DNA of 64,000 bases from an uncultured Candidatus Rokubacteria bacterium (GCA_963805625.1 CAWDVE010000010.1:1248001-1312000), one strand, 5' to 3'; numbered from the stretch's first letter, positions 9,369 through 19,042 are shown. Notes: a model not told the origin generated them from the sequence alone. Made by a program: numbers and translations.

Positions 9369-11336
9369 ATGGCACACGAGTTTCGCTATCTCTTCACGCC
9401 GATCCGTGTCGGAGGCCTGACCCTCCGGAACCGCATCTTCTCCACCGGGCACGCCGAGGCCATGGCCGAGGACGGAAAGCCCGGCCCGCGGCTCCGCGCA
9501 TACCACGAGGGCAAGGCGCGCGGCGGATGCGCGCTGACGATCATCGGCGGCTCGTCGAGCGTCCACCCCTCCTCCCCGGCGAGCGCGTGGAACATGCCGG
9601 CGAACCACGACGACTCGATCATCCCGGCCTACCGCGCGACCGCCGAGGCCATCCATCGCCACGGGTGCCTGGTCTTCACCCAGCTCACGCACATGGGGCG
9701 GCGCGCCCAGTCGGACAACGAGGGCTGGCACGTGCTCCTCGCCCCGTCCCAGATCCCGGAGCGCGTCCACCGCGAGACTCCACACGCGCTCGAGCCCGAG
9801 CAGATCGCGATGCTCGTGCGGGCGTTCGGCGATGCCGTACGGCGGTGCCGCGAGGGCGGGCTCGACGGGGTCGAGCTCTCGTTCGCCCACAACCACCTGG
9901 TCGATCAGTTCTGGTCCCCGATCTTCAATCAGCGGGCGGACGAGTACGGCGGGAGCCTCGACAACCGGATGCGCTTCGGATTCGAGGTCCTCCGCGAGAT
10001 CCGCCGGCAGATCGGCACCGACTACGTGGTTGGCGCCCGCATCTCCGGGGACGAGTTCACCGACGGCGGCCTCACGGCCGAGGACATGGCGGAGATCGCG
10101 CACCGTCTCGCCGCCTCGGGCCTCGTCGACTTTCTCTCGATCATCGGCGGCGCCGCCCACACGTTCGCGCTCCAGGCGGGCGCCGTCCCGAACATGTCGT
10201 ACCCGAACGCCGTGTACGTCCCGCTGGCGGCGGCCATCAAGGCGGCCGTGCCGGAGATCCCGATCTTCCACGCCACGCGCATCGTCGACCCGGTGCACGC
10301 GGACCAGATCCTGGCCGACGGGTCGGTCGACGTGGTCGGGATGACCCGGGCGCTCATCGCGGACCCGGACATGCCGAGGAAGGCCCGCGAGGGGCGACTC
10401 GACGAGGTCCGCCAGTGCGTGGGCGCGAACGAGGGCTGCATCGACCGCATCTACCAGGGAAAACCCGTCACGTGCATCCAGAACCCGGGCGCCGGACGGG
10501 AGGCCGAACTCGGAGACATCGGGCTGGCGGCGACTCGGAAGCGGGTCGTCGTGGTCGGAGGCGGGGTGGGTGGCCTCGAGACGGCGCGGGTCGCGGCGCT
10601 CCGCGGCCATCGCGTGGTGCTGTTCGAGAAGGGCCACGAGCTGGGCGGGCAGGTGCTCGTCGCCGCCCGCACGCCCGCCCGCGGGGACTACGCGGGGATC
10701 GTGCGGTTCCTGGTACGCCAGGTGGAACGGCAGGGCGTCGACTGCCGGCTATCGGTCGAGGCCGACGTCGAGAGTGTTCTGGCCGAGGCGCCCGACGTCG
10801 TGGTCGTCGCGACCGGTTCGCACGCCCACGTCCCGGCGCTCCCGGGACTCGACGGCAAGCACGTCGTGACGGATCGTGACGTGCTCCTCGATCGCGTCCA
10901 GGTCGGGGAGCGCGTGGTGGTGGTGGACGACGTCCACACCCAGCAGGGACTCTCAACCGCCGACCACCTCCTCGAGCGCGGCCGCCGGGTCGAGGTGGTG
11001 TCCCGCCTCTTCTATGCGGGGCAGGACGTCGGGATCACGTCGATCGTGCCGCTCTACACGCGCCTGTTCTTGAGGGGCGTGGTCTTCACACCCCACACCG
11101 ACCTGGTCGCCGTCGAGGGATCGACGGTCGTCGTCGCCAACGTCTACACCGGCGAGGAGCGCCGCATCGAGGGCGTCGACACGGTCGTGCTATCGATGGG
11201 CGCGCGCTCGACGGACGCGCTCTACCGGGCGTTGCGCGGCCGCGTCCCCGATCTCCACGCGGTGGGAGATTGCGTGGCGCCCCGTGGCGTCCACCACGCC
11301 ATCCTCGAAGGCACCCGCGTCGCCCGCCTTCTCTGA
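9369..11336 (+). CDS. OYE-family NADH:flavin oxidoreductase with Fe-S and FAD domains, DgcA-like (N-demethylase type)
   Basis: LFTPIRVGGLTLRNRI, GGSSSV, QLTHMGRR, HNHLVDQFWSP, YGGSLDNRMRF, CVGANEGCIDR..CIQNP, VVVGGGVGGLE. Closely resembles my recollection of Pseudomonas DgcA. Confidence 0.9.
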   Translation: MAHEFRYLFTPIRVGGLTLRNRIFSTGHAEAMAEDGKPGPRLRAYHEGKARGGCALTIIGGSSSVHPSSPASAWNMPANHDDSIIPAYRATAEAIHRHGCLVFTQLTHMGRRAQSDNEGWHVLLAPSQIPERVHRETPHALEPEQIAMLVRAFGDAVRRCREGGLDGVELSFAHNHLVDQFWSPIFNQRADEYGGSLDNRMRFGFEVLREIRRQIGTDYVVGARISGDEFTDGGLTAEDMAEIAHRLAASGLVDFLSIIGGAAHTFALQAGAVPNMSYPNAVYVPLAAAIKAAVPEIPIFHATRIVDPVHADQILADGSVDVVGMTRALIADPDMPRKAREGRLDEVRQCVGANEGCIDRIYQGKPVTCIQNPGAGREAELGDIGLAATRKRVVVVGGGVGGLETARVAALRGHRVVLFEKGHELGGQVLVAARTPARGDYAGIVRFLVRQVERQGVDCRLSVEADVESVLAEAPDVVVVATGSHAHVPALPGLDGKHVVTDRDVLLDRVQVGERVVVVDDVHTQQGLSTADHLLERGRRVEVVSRLFYAGQDVGITSIVPLYTRLFLRGVVFTPHTDLVAVEGSTVVVANVYTGEERRIEGVDTVVLSMGARSTDALYRALRGRVPDLHAVGDCVAPRGVHHAILEGTRVARLL

Positions 11337-11337
11337 C

Positions 11338-11419
11338 GGGTCAGACTTTGCGTTCCCGACATTAACGCGCCGCATCATAGACCGACTGGGTGAAATGTCG
11401 GGAAATCAAAGTCTGACCC
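11338..11419. repeat. Imperfect 26-bp inverted repeat (REP/MITE-like) between the OYE gene and etfA
   Basis: GGGTCAGACTTTGCGTTCCCGACATT (11338-11363) pairs with AATGTCGGGAAATCAAAGTCTGACCC (11394-11419) with 2 mismatches. Confidence 0.8.
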
Positions 11420-12384
11420 CGGTCTGGGTCGTGGCGGAGGAGGCGGCCGGCGAGCCGACGCTCGAGGCACTCGGTGAGGCCGTCGAGCTGGCGCGGCCCG
11501 GCGCCCCGGGCGTGGTGTCGGTCGGTCCCGTCGAGACCCGCGAGGTACTCGCTCCACTGGCGCGCCACGGCGCGGCCCGGCTCGTGCTGCTCCGGACGCC
11601 CGGCGTCGCGTCACCGGCCGAGGTGGGGTGCGCGGTCGGAGCGTGGCTCGGGGCGCACGGCCCCCCCGCGCCGATTGCGCTCCTGCCTCACACGCGCCAC
11701 GGGCTCGGGGCCGCCGCGTACCTCACCGTCCGTCTGGACGCAGCCCTCGCACCCGAGGCCGTGGGTGTCCGAAAAGAGGCCGACGGCGGCCTCGAGATCA
11801 CTCGCCCCGCCTACGGGGACCGCTTGTACGCGACCGTGCGGATCCGGACCGGGACGGCCGCGGTCATCACGCTCCGGCCCGGCGCCCTCGGCGTCGGGCC
11901 GCCCACTGCCGGCCCCCTGGTGACCGTCGAGGAGTGGCCGGCAATGACCGAGGGCGCGCCGGCCGCCGCGCGGGTCCGGCGCGTGATGGCGGCCGATCCC
12001 CGCACCGTCGATCTGCGCGACGCCGAGCGCATCGTCGCCGGCGGCCGGGGCGTGGGGCCCGACGGCTTTCGCCAGCTCGAGATCCTGGCGGATCTCCTCG
12101 GCGCCGCGGTCGGTGGAAGCCGGGTCGCCGTCGACCTCGGCTGGATCCCCTGGGAGCGGCAGATCGGCCAGAGCGGCCGCGCGGTCGCCCCCGAGCTCTA
12201 CCTCGCCTTCGGCATCTCGGGCGCGAGCCAGCACATGGCCGGTATCGAGCGCGCGCGCACCGTGATCGCGGTGAACGCAGACCGGACCGCGCCGCTCCTC
12301 GGGCGGGCGCAACTCGCTGCCCTCGCGGACTGGCGCCCCGTCGCGGAGGCGCTGATCGAGCGCCTCCGGGCGCGCCGGGGCTAG
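11395..12384 (+). CDS. etfA: Electron transfer flavoprotein alpha subunit
   Basis: IVAGGRGVG, AVGGSRVAVD, QIGQSG, LYLAFGISGASQH. Start uncertain because the ATG lies inside the palindrome arm. Confidence 0.9.
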   Translation: MSGNQSLTPVWVVAEEAAGEPTLEALGEAVELARPGAPGVVSVGPVETREVLAPLARHGAARLVLLRTPGVASPAEVGCAVGAWLGAHGPPAPIALLPHTRHGLGAAAYLTVRLDAALAPEAVGVRKEADGGLEITRPAYGDRLYATVRIRTGTAAVITLRPGALGVGPPTAGPLVTVEEWPAMTEGAPAAARVRRVMAADPRTVDLRDAERIVAGGRGVGPDGFRQLEILADLLGAAVGGSRVAVDLGWIPWERQIGQSGRAVAPELYLAFGISGASQHMAGIERARTVIAVNADRTAPLLGRAQLAALADWRPVAEALIERLRARRG

Positions 12385-12387
12385 GCG

Positions 12388-14349
12388 ATGGAGGACGTCA
12401 CGCGCGCCGTCTGGTGGAACGTTCCCCAGTGGCTGGCGACCCTGTTCTACCTCGGCACGGCGGCAGGTCTCCTCGTGAGCGCGCTCGCCCTCGCCCGCCA
12501 CGCCCGCGCCGTGCTCCGCGGGCGGCCGATCGGTCCCGCGCCGGGCTTCCGTCTCGGCCCCGCGATGGGGCGCGTGCTGGCCGACGTGCTGTCGCATCGC
12601 CGGCTGCTCGAGGACCGGGCGGCGGGCTGGGCGCACGCGCTCCTCTTCTACGGCTTCCTCGGCCTCTTTATCGGGACCTGCCTGGTCTTCGTCCACGATC
12701 GCGTCGTCTCCTTCCTCGTCGGCCCGGTGTATCTCCTCTTCTCGTTCATTCTCGAGTGGGCCGGGCTCGCCTTCCTCGCGGGCGTCGGCTGGACCGCCTG
12801 GCGGCGCCTCGCCGGCGGAACGCCCCGGCTCGAGCGAAGCGGCATCGCGCTCGGGATCCTGGCTCTCCTCGGCGCCATAGGAACGACCGGCTTTCTCCTG
12901 GAAGCGGCGCGCATCGCGGCAACCGACCCGTCGTTCGAGACCTGGTCGTTCGTCGGATGGGCAGTGTCCCGCGCCCTGCGCGCGGCGGGCGTGGCGGCCA
13001 CGCCGCTTCACCGCGCACTCTGGGGTGTCCACGCCGCGCTCTGCTGGGTCTTCTTCGGCCTCATCGGGGCAACCGTCCTCCGCCACATGGTCGCCGCGCC
13101 GCTGCAGCTCGCGTTGCGCCAGCTCAGGACCCCTGGCCGACTCGCCCCCTCCCTCGGGGAACCCGCTCCCCTCGCGCCTCAGCGCCTCACCTGGGCTCAG
13201 CTACTCGACGCGGCCACCTGCGTCCGCTGCGGCCGGTGCACGGCGGTGTGCCCCGCGACGGCGGCCGGCAAGCCGCTCGATCCCAGACGCGTGGTCCAGG
13301 CAACGCTCCAGGCGATGCGCGAAGGTCGTCCGCTCGAGACTCTGGTCAGCCCCGAGGAGGCCTGGTCCTGCACGACGTGCGCGGCATGCGTCCGCGCGTG
13401 CCCCTTCGAGATCGAGGTCCTGGACAAGCTCGTCGACCTCAGGCGCACGCTCGTGGAGACGGGCGCCGTCGATGCGGCCACAGCCCGGGCGCTCGAGGCG
13501 ACCGTGGAACGCGGCAACCCGTTCGGCGGCGTGCCGGCCGATCGTCGCGCGTGGGCCGTGGACCTCGGAGTGCGCGAGCTCCGGCCCGGCGAGACGACCG
13601 ACGTGCTCTACTGGGTCGGCTGCGCCGGGGCCTTCGACCCTCATGGACGGCGCATCGCGCGGGCCACCGCACAGCTCTTGCAAGCAGCGGGCGTGGAGTT
13701 CGCAATCCTAGGCTCCGCCGAGACCTGCACCGGGGATCCGGCGCGGCGGATCGGCGACGAGGCCGCGTTCCGCGAGGCCGCCGGCCGCGTGGCGGGAACG
13801 CTCGGTGGCGTCCGGTTCCAGCGGCTCCTGACCCATTGCGCTCACTGCTTCAACGTCTTTCGCAACGAGCTCGCCCCCGCGACGGACGGCACCGCCGTCC
13901 CGGCGGTCCACCACACCCAGCTCCTGGCAGAGCTGGTGCGGTCCGGCCGCCTGGCGCCGCGGGCGGTCACAGCCGAGCCCGTGACCCTCCACGACCCCTG
14001 CTACCTCGCTCGCCACAACGGCGAGACCGCGGCGCCGCGGGCGGCCCTCGCCACCGCGCGCGGCGGGCCGGTCGAGATGCCGCGGAGCGGCGAGGGCACG
14101 TTCTGCTGCGGGGCGGGCGGCGGCGGGGCCTGGGTCGAGGTACGCCAGGGCTCGCGGATCGCGGCACTCCGGATGGCGGAGGCCCGGGAGACCGGAGCGA
14201 GAGTCGTGGCCACAGCCTGTCCCTTCTGCGCGCTCATGCTCGGGGGCGAGACCCAGCCGGGCGACATCGCGGTCCGCGACGTCGCCGAGCTCCTGTGGGA
14301 GAGCCAGCCCGCGGGCACGGGCGGCGGCGCCCGGCCGGAGCCCTCGTGA
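12388..14349 (+). CDS. Membrane-anchored Fe-S oxidoreductase (HdrD/GlpC/FadF/DgcB-like), probable ETF:quinone oxidoreductase
   Basis: N-terminal TM helices with His, two CxxCxxCxxxCP motifs, CCG domains (CTGD, HDPCYL, CCGAGGG, TACPFC). Confidence 0.9.
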   Translation: MEDVTRAVWWNVPQWLATLFYLGTAAGLLVSALALARHARAVLRGRPIGPAPGFRLGPAMGRVLADVLSHRRLLEDRAAGWAHALLFYGFLGLFIGTCLVFVHDRVVSFLVGPVYLLFSFILEWAGLAFLAGVGWTAWRRLAGGTPRLERSGIALGILALLGAIGTTGFLLEAARIAATDPSFETWSFVGWAVSRALRAAGVAATPLHRALWGVHAALCWVFFGLIGATVLRHMVAAPLQLALRQLRTPGRLAPSLGEPAPLAPQRLTWAQLLDAATCVRCGRCTAVCPATAAGKPLDPRRVVQATLQAMREGRPLETLVSPEEAWSCTTCAACVRACPFEIEVLDKLVDLRRTLVETGAVDAATARALEATVERGNPFGGVPADRRAWAVDLGVRELRPGETTDVLYWVGCAGAFDPHGRRIARATAQLLQAAGVEFAILGSAETCTGDPARRIGDEAAFREAAGRVAGTLGGVRFQRLLTHCAHCFNVFRNELAPATDGTAVPAVHHTQLLAELVRSGRLAPRAVTAEPVTLHDPCYLARHNGETAAPRAALATARGGPVEMPRSGEGTFCCGAGGGGAWVEVRQGSRIAALRMAEARETGARVVATACPFCALMLGGETQPGDIAVRDVAELLWESQPAGTGGGARPEPS

Positions 14350-15248
14350 TCGCGCTGGTCCTCGTCCACGAAGGGCTCGACGTCTCGATCGACCTCGACC
14401 TCCGCGCACCCGGGCCCGACGGCGGCACCGTGGGCCACCGAGGAGGCGACCGGCTCGTCGTGACGGCCAGGGCGGACCGCGCTGCCCTCGAGTGGGCGCT
14501 GGCGCTCACGGACCGCGTGGTCGTCCTCACGGTCAGCCCTCCTGGGTCGGAGGGCGTGCTCGCGTGGGCCCTCGGCCGGGGCGCTGGTCGGGCCGTGAGG
14601 ATCTGGGACGACGCGCTCGACGTGCTCGATCTCGGGTCAATGGCGCGGGTCGTCTCGGCGGCTGTACGGCGGATCGCCCCGGATGTCGTCGTCGCCGGAG
14701 AGCGCGGCCTCGCCGGCGCCACCGGCGCCCTCCCCGCGCTCGTGGCCGCACACCTCGGCTGGCCGTGCGTCGACGGCGCCATCCGGCTTGCCCGCGAGGA
14801 GGACGAGCTCGTCGTCGAGCGGCGGCTCCAGGGCGGCCGCCGCGAGGAGCTCGCGGTCCAGTGTCCGGGCGTCGTCACCGTGGCCGCGGATTCCGCCGAG
14901 CCGCGCTACGTGTCGATTCGCGCCCGGCGCGACGCGGCACGACGCGGCCACGAGACCTGGTCGTTGGCGGACCTCGGTCTCACGGAGGACGCCGTGCGCG
15001 GGGCGGTGAGGGTCCGCGTGGACCGGGTGGACTGGCCCAGGCCGCGACCCCGCCGGACGGCCACGGCAGTCCCGGCGGGTCCCGCTCGCTCGGCCGCCGA
15101 CCGCCTCCGCCAGCTCGTCGGCGGCGGCCGCGCCGGCGCCGGACAGGGTGCTCCGGCGGTCCCGTCCGCGTCCGGTCTGGTGGAGGGCGACCCCCGCGCG
15201 GTCGCCGACCGCATCATGGCCTTCCTCGAGCAGCGCGGCTTCGTCTGA
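14346..15248 (+). CDS. etfB: Electron transfer flavoprotein beta subunit (divergent)
   Basis: GTGA overlap with the upstream gene. DRAALEWAL, ALGRGAGRAVRI, PDVVVAG, AHLGWPCV, VERRLQGG, EPRYVS. Confidence 0.8.
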   Translation: MIALVLVHEGLDVSIDLDLRAPGPDGGTVGHRGGDRLVVTARADRAALEWALALTDRVVVLTVSPPGSEGVLAWALGRGAGRAVRIWDDALDVLDLGSMARVVSAAVRRIAPDVVVAGERGLAGATGALPALVAAHLGWPCVDGAIRLAREEDELVVERRLQGGRREELAVQCPGVVTVAADSAEPRYVSIRARRDAARRGHETWSLADLGLTEDAVRGAVRVRVDRVDWPRPRPRRTATAVPAGPARSAADRLRQLVGGGRAGAGQGAPAVPSASGLVEGDPRAVADRIMAFLEQRGFV

Positions 15249-15269
15249 GCGTGCGAGAAGGAGCGCCTC

Positions 15270-16835
15270 ATGAACGCGTCGGACTTCCTGCCCGCCGAAT
15301 TCAACGTCGCAAGCTGGTTCGTCGACCGCCCCGTGGCCGAGGGACGCGGGACGGCGCCCGCGTTCCACTGCGAGGGTCGGATCCTCACCTACGCCGACGT
15401 GCGGGAGCTCGCCGATCGCACCGGACACGCGCTCCGCGAGCTGGGCGTCGAGATGGAGCAGCGCGTCGTCATGATCTGCCTCGATGCGCCCGAGTTCCTC
15501 GGCGCGTTCTGGGGCACCATCAAGATCGGCGCGGTCCCGGTGCCGGTGAACACCCTCCTGCGGGCCCCGGACTATCGCTACGTTCTCGATGACAGCCGCG
15601 CCCGGGTGGCGGTCGTCTCGTCGGCCCTCCTGGCCGAGGCGACTCCGGCGCTCGAGGACGCGCGACATCTCCGCCACGTGCTGGTCGCGGGCGGCGCGCC
15701 CGGGCCCCACCTCTCGTTCGAGGACCGGATCGCCCGGGCGCCCGCCACCCTCGAGGCCGCGCCCACCTCTCGCGACGACGTCGCGTTCTGGCTGTACTCC
15801 TCGGGCTCGACGGGCCGCCCAAAAGGAGCCGTCCACCTCCACCACGACATGGTCATCTCCGCCGAGACCTATGCGAAGCAGGTGCTCGGCCTCCGGTCGA
15901 CCGACAAGGTGTACTCGGCCGCCAAGCTCTTCTTCGCCTACGGTCTCGGTAACGCGTGCTACTTCCCGATGAGCGTCGGCGGGCAGAGCGTGCTGTACCC
16001 GCAGCGGCCGACGCCGGACGCCGTGTTCGAGCTGATCACGCGTCAGCGTCCGACGATCTTCTTCGGCGTCCCGACGCTCTATGCTGCGATGCTCGCCGCG
16101 AAGGAGGCCGAGGGGCGGTTCGACCTCTCGTCGCTCCGCCTCTGCGTGTCGGCGGGCGAGGCGCTGCCGGCGGATCTTTATCGCCGCTGGCACGAGCGCT
16201 TCGGCGTGGAGATCGTCGACGGCATCGGCACCACGGAGACCGGCCACATCTTCCTGTCGAACCGGCCGGGCGGCGCGCGCCCGGGGTCCTCGGGCCTGCC
16301 GGTCCCCGGCTATGAGTGCGCGATCGTCGACGACGAGGGCCGGCCCGTCCCGCCGGGGGAGATCGGGAACCTCCGCGTCCGCGGCGACTCGACGATGGCG
16401 TACTACTGGAACAAGCACGAGAAGACGAAGGACACGCTCTTCGGCCCGTGGATCCAGACCGGCGACAAGTACCACCGCGACGCGGACGGCTACTTCTGGT
16501 ACGACGGCCGGGGCGACGACATGCTGAAGGTCGGCGGCATCTGGGTCTCGCCGATCGAGGTCGAGGCGACGCTGATCCAGCACGACGCGGTCCTCGAGGC
16601 CGCCGTGGTCGGCCAGGAGGACGACGACCGGCTGGTCAAGCCCCGAGCCTACGTCGTCCTCAAGGACCCCGGCCGGGCGTCCGAGGCGCTCGCCGGTGAG
16701 CTCCGCGCCTTCGTGAAGGACAAGATCGCTCCCTACAAGTATCCGCGATGGATCGATTTCGTCCCGGAACTTCCCAAGACCGCCACCGGCAAGATCCAGC
16801 GCTTCAAGCTGCGCCAGGGAACGGCCCGCACCTGA
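15270..16835 (+). CDS. Benzoate-CoA ligase family protein
   Basis: AFWLYSSGSTGRPKG, SAAKLFFAYGLGN, DGIGTTE..HIFLSN, GDKY, DDMLKVGGIWVSP, LPKTATGKIQRFKL. Confidence 0.92.
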   Translation: MNASDFLPAEFNVASWFVDRPVAEGRGTAPAFHCEGRILTYADVRELADRTGHALRELGVEMEQRVVMICLDAPEFLGAFWGTIKIGAVPVPVNTLLRAPDYRYVLDDSRARVAVVSSALLAEATPALEDARHLRHVLVAGGAPGPHLSFEDRIARAPATLEAAPTSRDDVAFWLYSSGSTGRPKGAVHLHHDMVISAETYAKQVLGLRSTDKVYSAAKLFFAYGLGNACYFPMSVGGQSVLYPQRPTPDAVFELITRQRPTIFFGVPTLYAAMLAAKEAEGRFDLSSLRLCVSAGEALPADLYRRWHERFGVEIVDGIGTTETGHIFLSNRPGGARPGSSGLPVPGYECAIVDDEGRPVPPGEIGNLRVRGDSTMAYYWNKHEKTKDTLFGPWIQTGDKYHRDADGYFWYDGRGDDMLKVGGIWVSPIEVEATLIQHDAVLEAAVVGQEDDDRLVKPRAYVVLKDPGRASEALAGELRAFVKDKIAPYKYPRWIDFVPELPKTATGKIQRFKLRQGTART

Positions 16836-17587
16836 CCGGGCGCGACGTGCTGTGCGCCCTCGCCGGGGCCGTCGCCTTGCTCCTCGCTCTCGGCCTCCCG
16901 GGCGCCGCCTCGGCGCGGTCGCCGCTCGTCGCGGAGCTCGAGATCCTGGCCACGCGGTACCACGAGAACCCGGCGCGGCTCGACGCGGTCCGGGACGGCC
17001 TCGCGCAGGCGGCACAGCAGGAGCCCGATCCGGAGACCTGGATCGCGCTCGCCCGCGTCTGCTTCATCTGGGGTGACGTCCGGGCGACCACCGCCGAGCA
17101 GAAGCTCGCCGCCTACGCCGAGGGACGGGAGGCGGCCCGACGCGCGGTCGAGCTGGCGCCACGCGCTCCCCTCGCCCACCTGTTCCGCGGGATCAACGCG
17201 GGGCGCTGGGGTCAGACGAAGGGCGTCATGCGATCGCTGTTTCTCCTGCCGGAGGTGCGCGAGGCCATCCGCCAGACGCTCGAGCTGGACCCCCGGCTGC
17301 CGGCCGCCTACGCGCTGGCAGGGAACGTCGACTACGAGGTCCCCGGGCTCTTCGGGGGCAGCCTGGAGCGCGCGGAGGGATACTTCCGTAAAGGGCTCGA
17401 GGTCGACCCGCGCTTCACGGCGCTCCGGATCGGCCTGGCCAAGGTCCTGCGAAAGCAAGGGCGGGTGGTCGAGGCGCGGCGGGAGCTCAGGGCGGTGCTC
17501 GACGAGACCGCCCCGACAAACCCCGCGGAGTGGTCGATGAGTGACCGTCCCGACGCCCGCGCGCTCCTGGGCGCGCTCGGAGGCTGA
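16832..17587 (+). CDS. Secreted TPR-repeat protein (TRAP-T TatT/RMDN-like)
   Basis: Signal peptide (..ALLLALGLPGAASA) and helical repeats (GRWGQTKG, YEVPGLFGGS, GLEVDP). Start is either CTG 16832 (overlapping the stop) or GTG 16847. Confidence 0.72.
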   Translation: MTGRDVLCALAGAVALLLALGLPGAASARSPLVAELEILATRYHENPARLDAVRDGLAQAAQQEPDPETWIALARVCFIWGDVRATTAEQKLAAYAEGREAARRAVELAPRAPLAHLFRGINAGRWGQTKGVMRSLFLLPEVREAIRQTLELDPRLPAAYALAGNVDYEVPGLFGGSLERAEGYFRKGLEVDPRFTALRIGLAKVLRKQGRVVEARRELRAVLDETAPTNPAEWSMSDRPDARALLGALGG

Positions 17588-17659
17588 GAACCCCAGCGCC
17601 GAGCCGGCGCTCACCAGCTCGCTTGGCCCCGGCCAGTCGGCGCGAGGTGGGTCGGCGGA

Positions 17660-17926
17660 TCAGGAGGCCCGGGAGCGGGCGGGGACGACGAGGAAGTCGA
17701 GTAGGGCCCAGCTCGCGGGCTCGAAACCGCGACGGTCGCGGCGCCGCCGCTCCGACCCCGGCGAGGAATCGCCGGAGGATCGTCGCCGCTCGCCGATCCG
17801 CCGGTCCCAGACCACGTCGACCCCCTCCGTCGCGAAGGCCGCCCGCAAGGCCGCGAAGCGATCGACGGCCCCTGCTCGCACGATGATGAGCGCAGTGGGC
17901 TCGACGGCGCGTCCGGCTTCATTCAT
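17660..17926 (-). CDS. Small hypothetical protein with DRRxxERR...ERRxxDRR motif
   Basis: 88 aa, VVWDRRIGERRR..SERRRRDRRG. Has its own promoter and GGGGG SD. Confidence 0.65.
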   Translation of the reverse strand: MNEAGRAVEPTALIIVRAGAVDRFAALRAAFATEGVDVVWDRRIGERRRSSGDSSPGSERRRRDRRGFEPASWALLDFLVVPARSRAS

Positions 17927-17947
17927 GCATGTGCCCCCGGAGGATGT

Positions 17948-17976
17948 ACTCTGCGCCGGAGCGCTCGCCCCGTCAA
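17948..17976 (-). promoter_or_regulatory. Sigma70-like promoter for the 17926 gene
   Basis: TTGACG-17 nt-CAGAGT on the minus strand. Confidence 0.45.
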
Positions 17977-18049
17977 CGCCGCCTCGGTCGACACGCCGGG
18001 GCATCCTGGTCTAGGCTTGGCCCGCATGGATGACCTGGAGACCTCCGGA

Positions 18050-19042
18050 ATGGCCATGCGATTCTGCGTGATCGGTGCAGGAAGCATGGGCTCCCTCTAC
18101 GGCGGGCTTCTGGCCCGCGCCGGCTTCGACGTGACCCTGCTCGACGTCTGGGCCGAGCACGTGGACGCCATCCGGCATGAGGGACTTCGGCTCGACGGCA
18201 TCACGGGCGACGTGGTCGTCCGGATCCCTGCGACCGTGCGCCCCGCGGAGGTTCCGCCCGCCGACGTCGCCCTCGTGCTCACGGACGCCAACGCGACCGT
18301 CGAGGCCGCCGCCGCCGCCCGGGCCCTGCTCCGTCCCGACGGATTCGCCGTGACGCTCCAGAACGGCATCGGGAACGTGGAGGCGCTCGCCGAGGCGCTC
18401 GGACCGACCCGGGTCGCTGGCGGACTCTCGTATCACAGCGCGGCCGTGCGGGGGCCCGGCCAGGTGAGCCACACCCACGCGGGGCCGACCTGGCTCGGCG
18501 AGCTGGACGGGGCCCGGACGCTCCGGCTCGAACGCCTCGCGACCGCCCTCCGGACCGCCGGGTTCGTGCCCACGATCGTCGAGGACATCCAGGGTCTCAT
18601 CTGGGCCAAGTTCATCCACAACTGCGCGATCAACGCGATCTGCGCCGTGACCGGCCTGCGGGTCGGGGAGATCTCCAGCCACCCCGGGGCCGACGAGCTG
18701 CAGACGCGCATCATCGAAGAGGCGCTCGCGGTCATGCGGGCGCAGGGCGTCGTCCTACCCGAACCCGATCCCATGCGTAGCATCAAGGAATTCTGCCGCA
18801 TGAAGTTCAACAAACCCTCGATGCTCCAGCACGTCGAGCAGGGCAAGCGGACCGAGATCGACGCCCTCAACGGCGCGATCGTCAAGGCCGGACGCCGGCT
18901 GGGAGTGCCGACACCCTACAACGAGGCGCTCGTGTGGCTCACCCGGGCCGTGGAGCAGCGCATGCGGCGCCTGGTTCACGAGGGATCACCCGACTACGCT
19001 CGGCTCGAGGCCGAGGCCAAGACCAAGACAGAGGCCCGGTGA
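18050..19042 (+). CDS. panE: Ketopantoate reductase (PanE/ApbA) family
   Basis: VIGAGSMG, TLQNGIG, WAKFIHN..N, PSMLQ..GKRTEIDALNGAI. Confidence 0.88.
   Translation: MAMRFCVIGAGSMGSLYGGLLARAGFDVTLLDVWAEHVDAIRHEGLRLDGITGDVVVRIPATVRPAEVPPADVALVLTDANATVEAAAAARALLRPDGFAVTLQNGIGNVEALAEALGPTRVAGGLSYHSAAVRGPGQVSHTHAGPTWLGELDGARTLRLERLATALRTAGFVPTIVEDIQGLIWAKFIHNCAINAICAVTGLRVGEISSHPGADELQTRIIEEALAVMRAQGVVLPEPDPMRSIKEFCRMKFNKPSMLQHVEQGKRTEIDALNGAIVKAGRRLGVPTPYNEALVWLTRAVEQRMRRLVHEGSPDYARLEAEAKTKTEAR

Noticed and set aside
11628-14345. 1206-aa ORF as a single protein
   Set aside because: The N-terminal part is an alternative-frame shadow of etfA and the Fe-S gene. Only 14346-15248 is EtfB.
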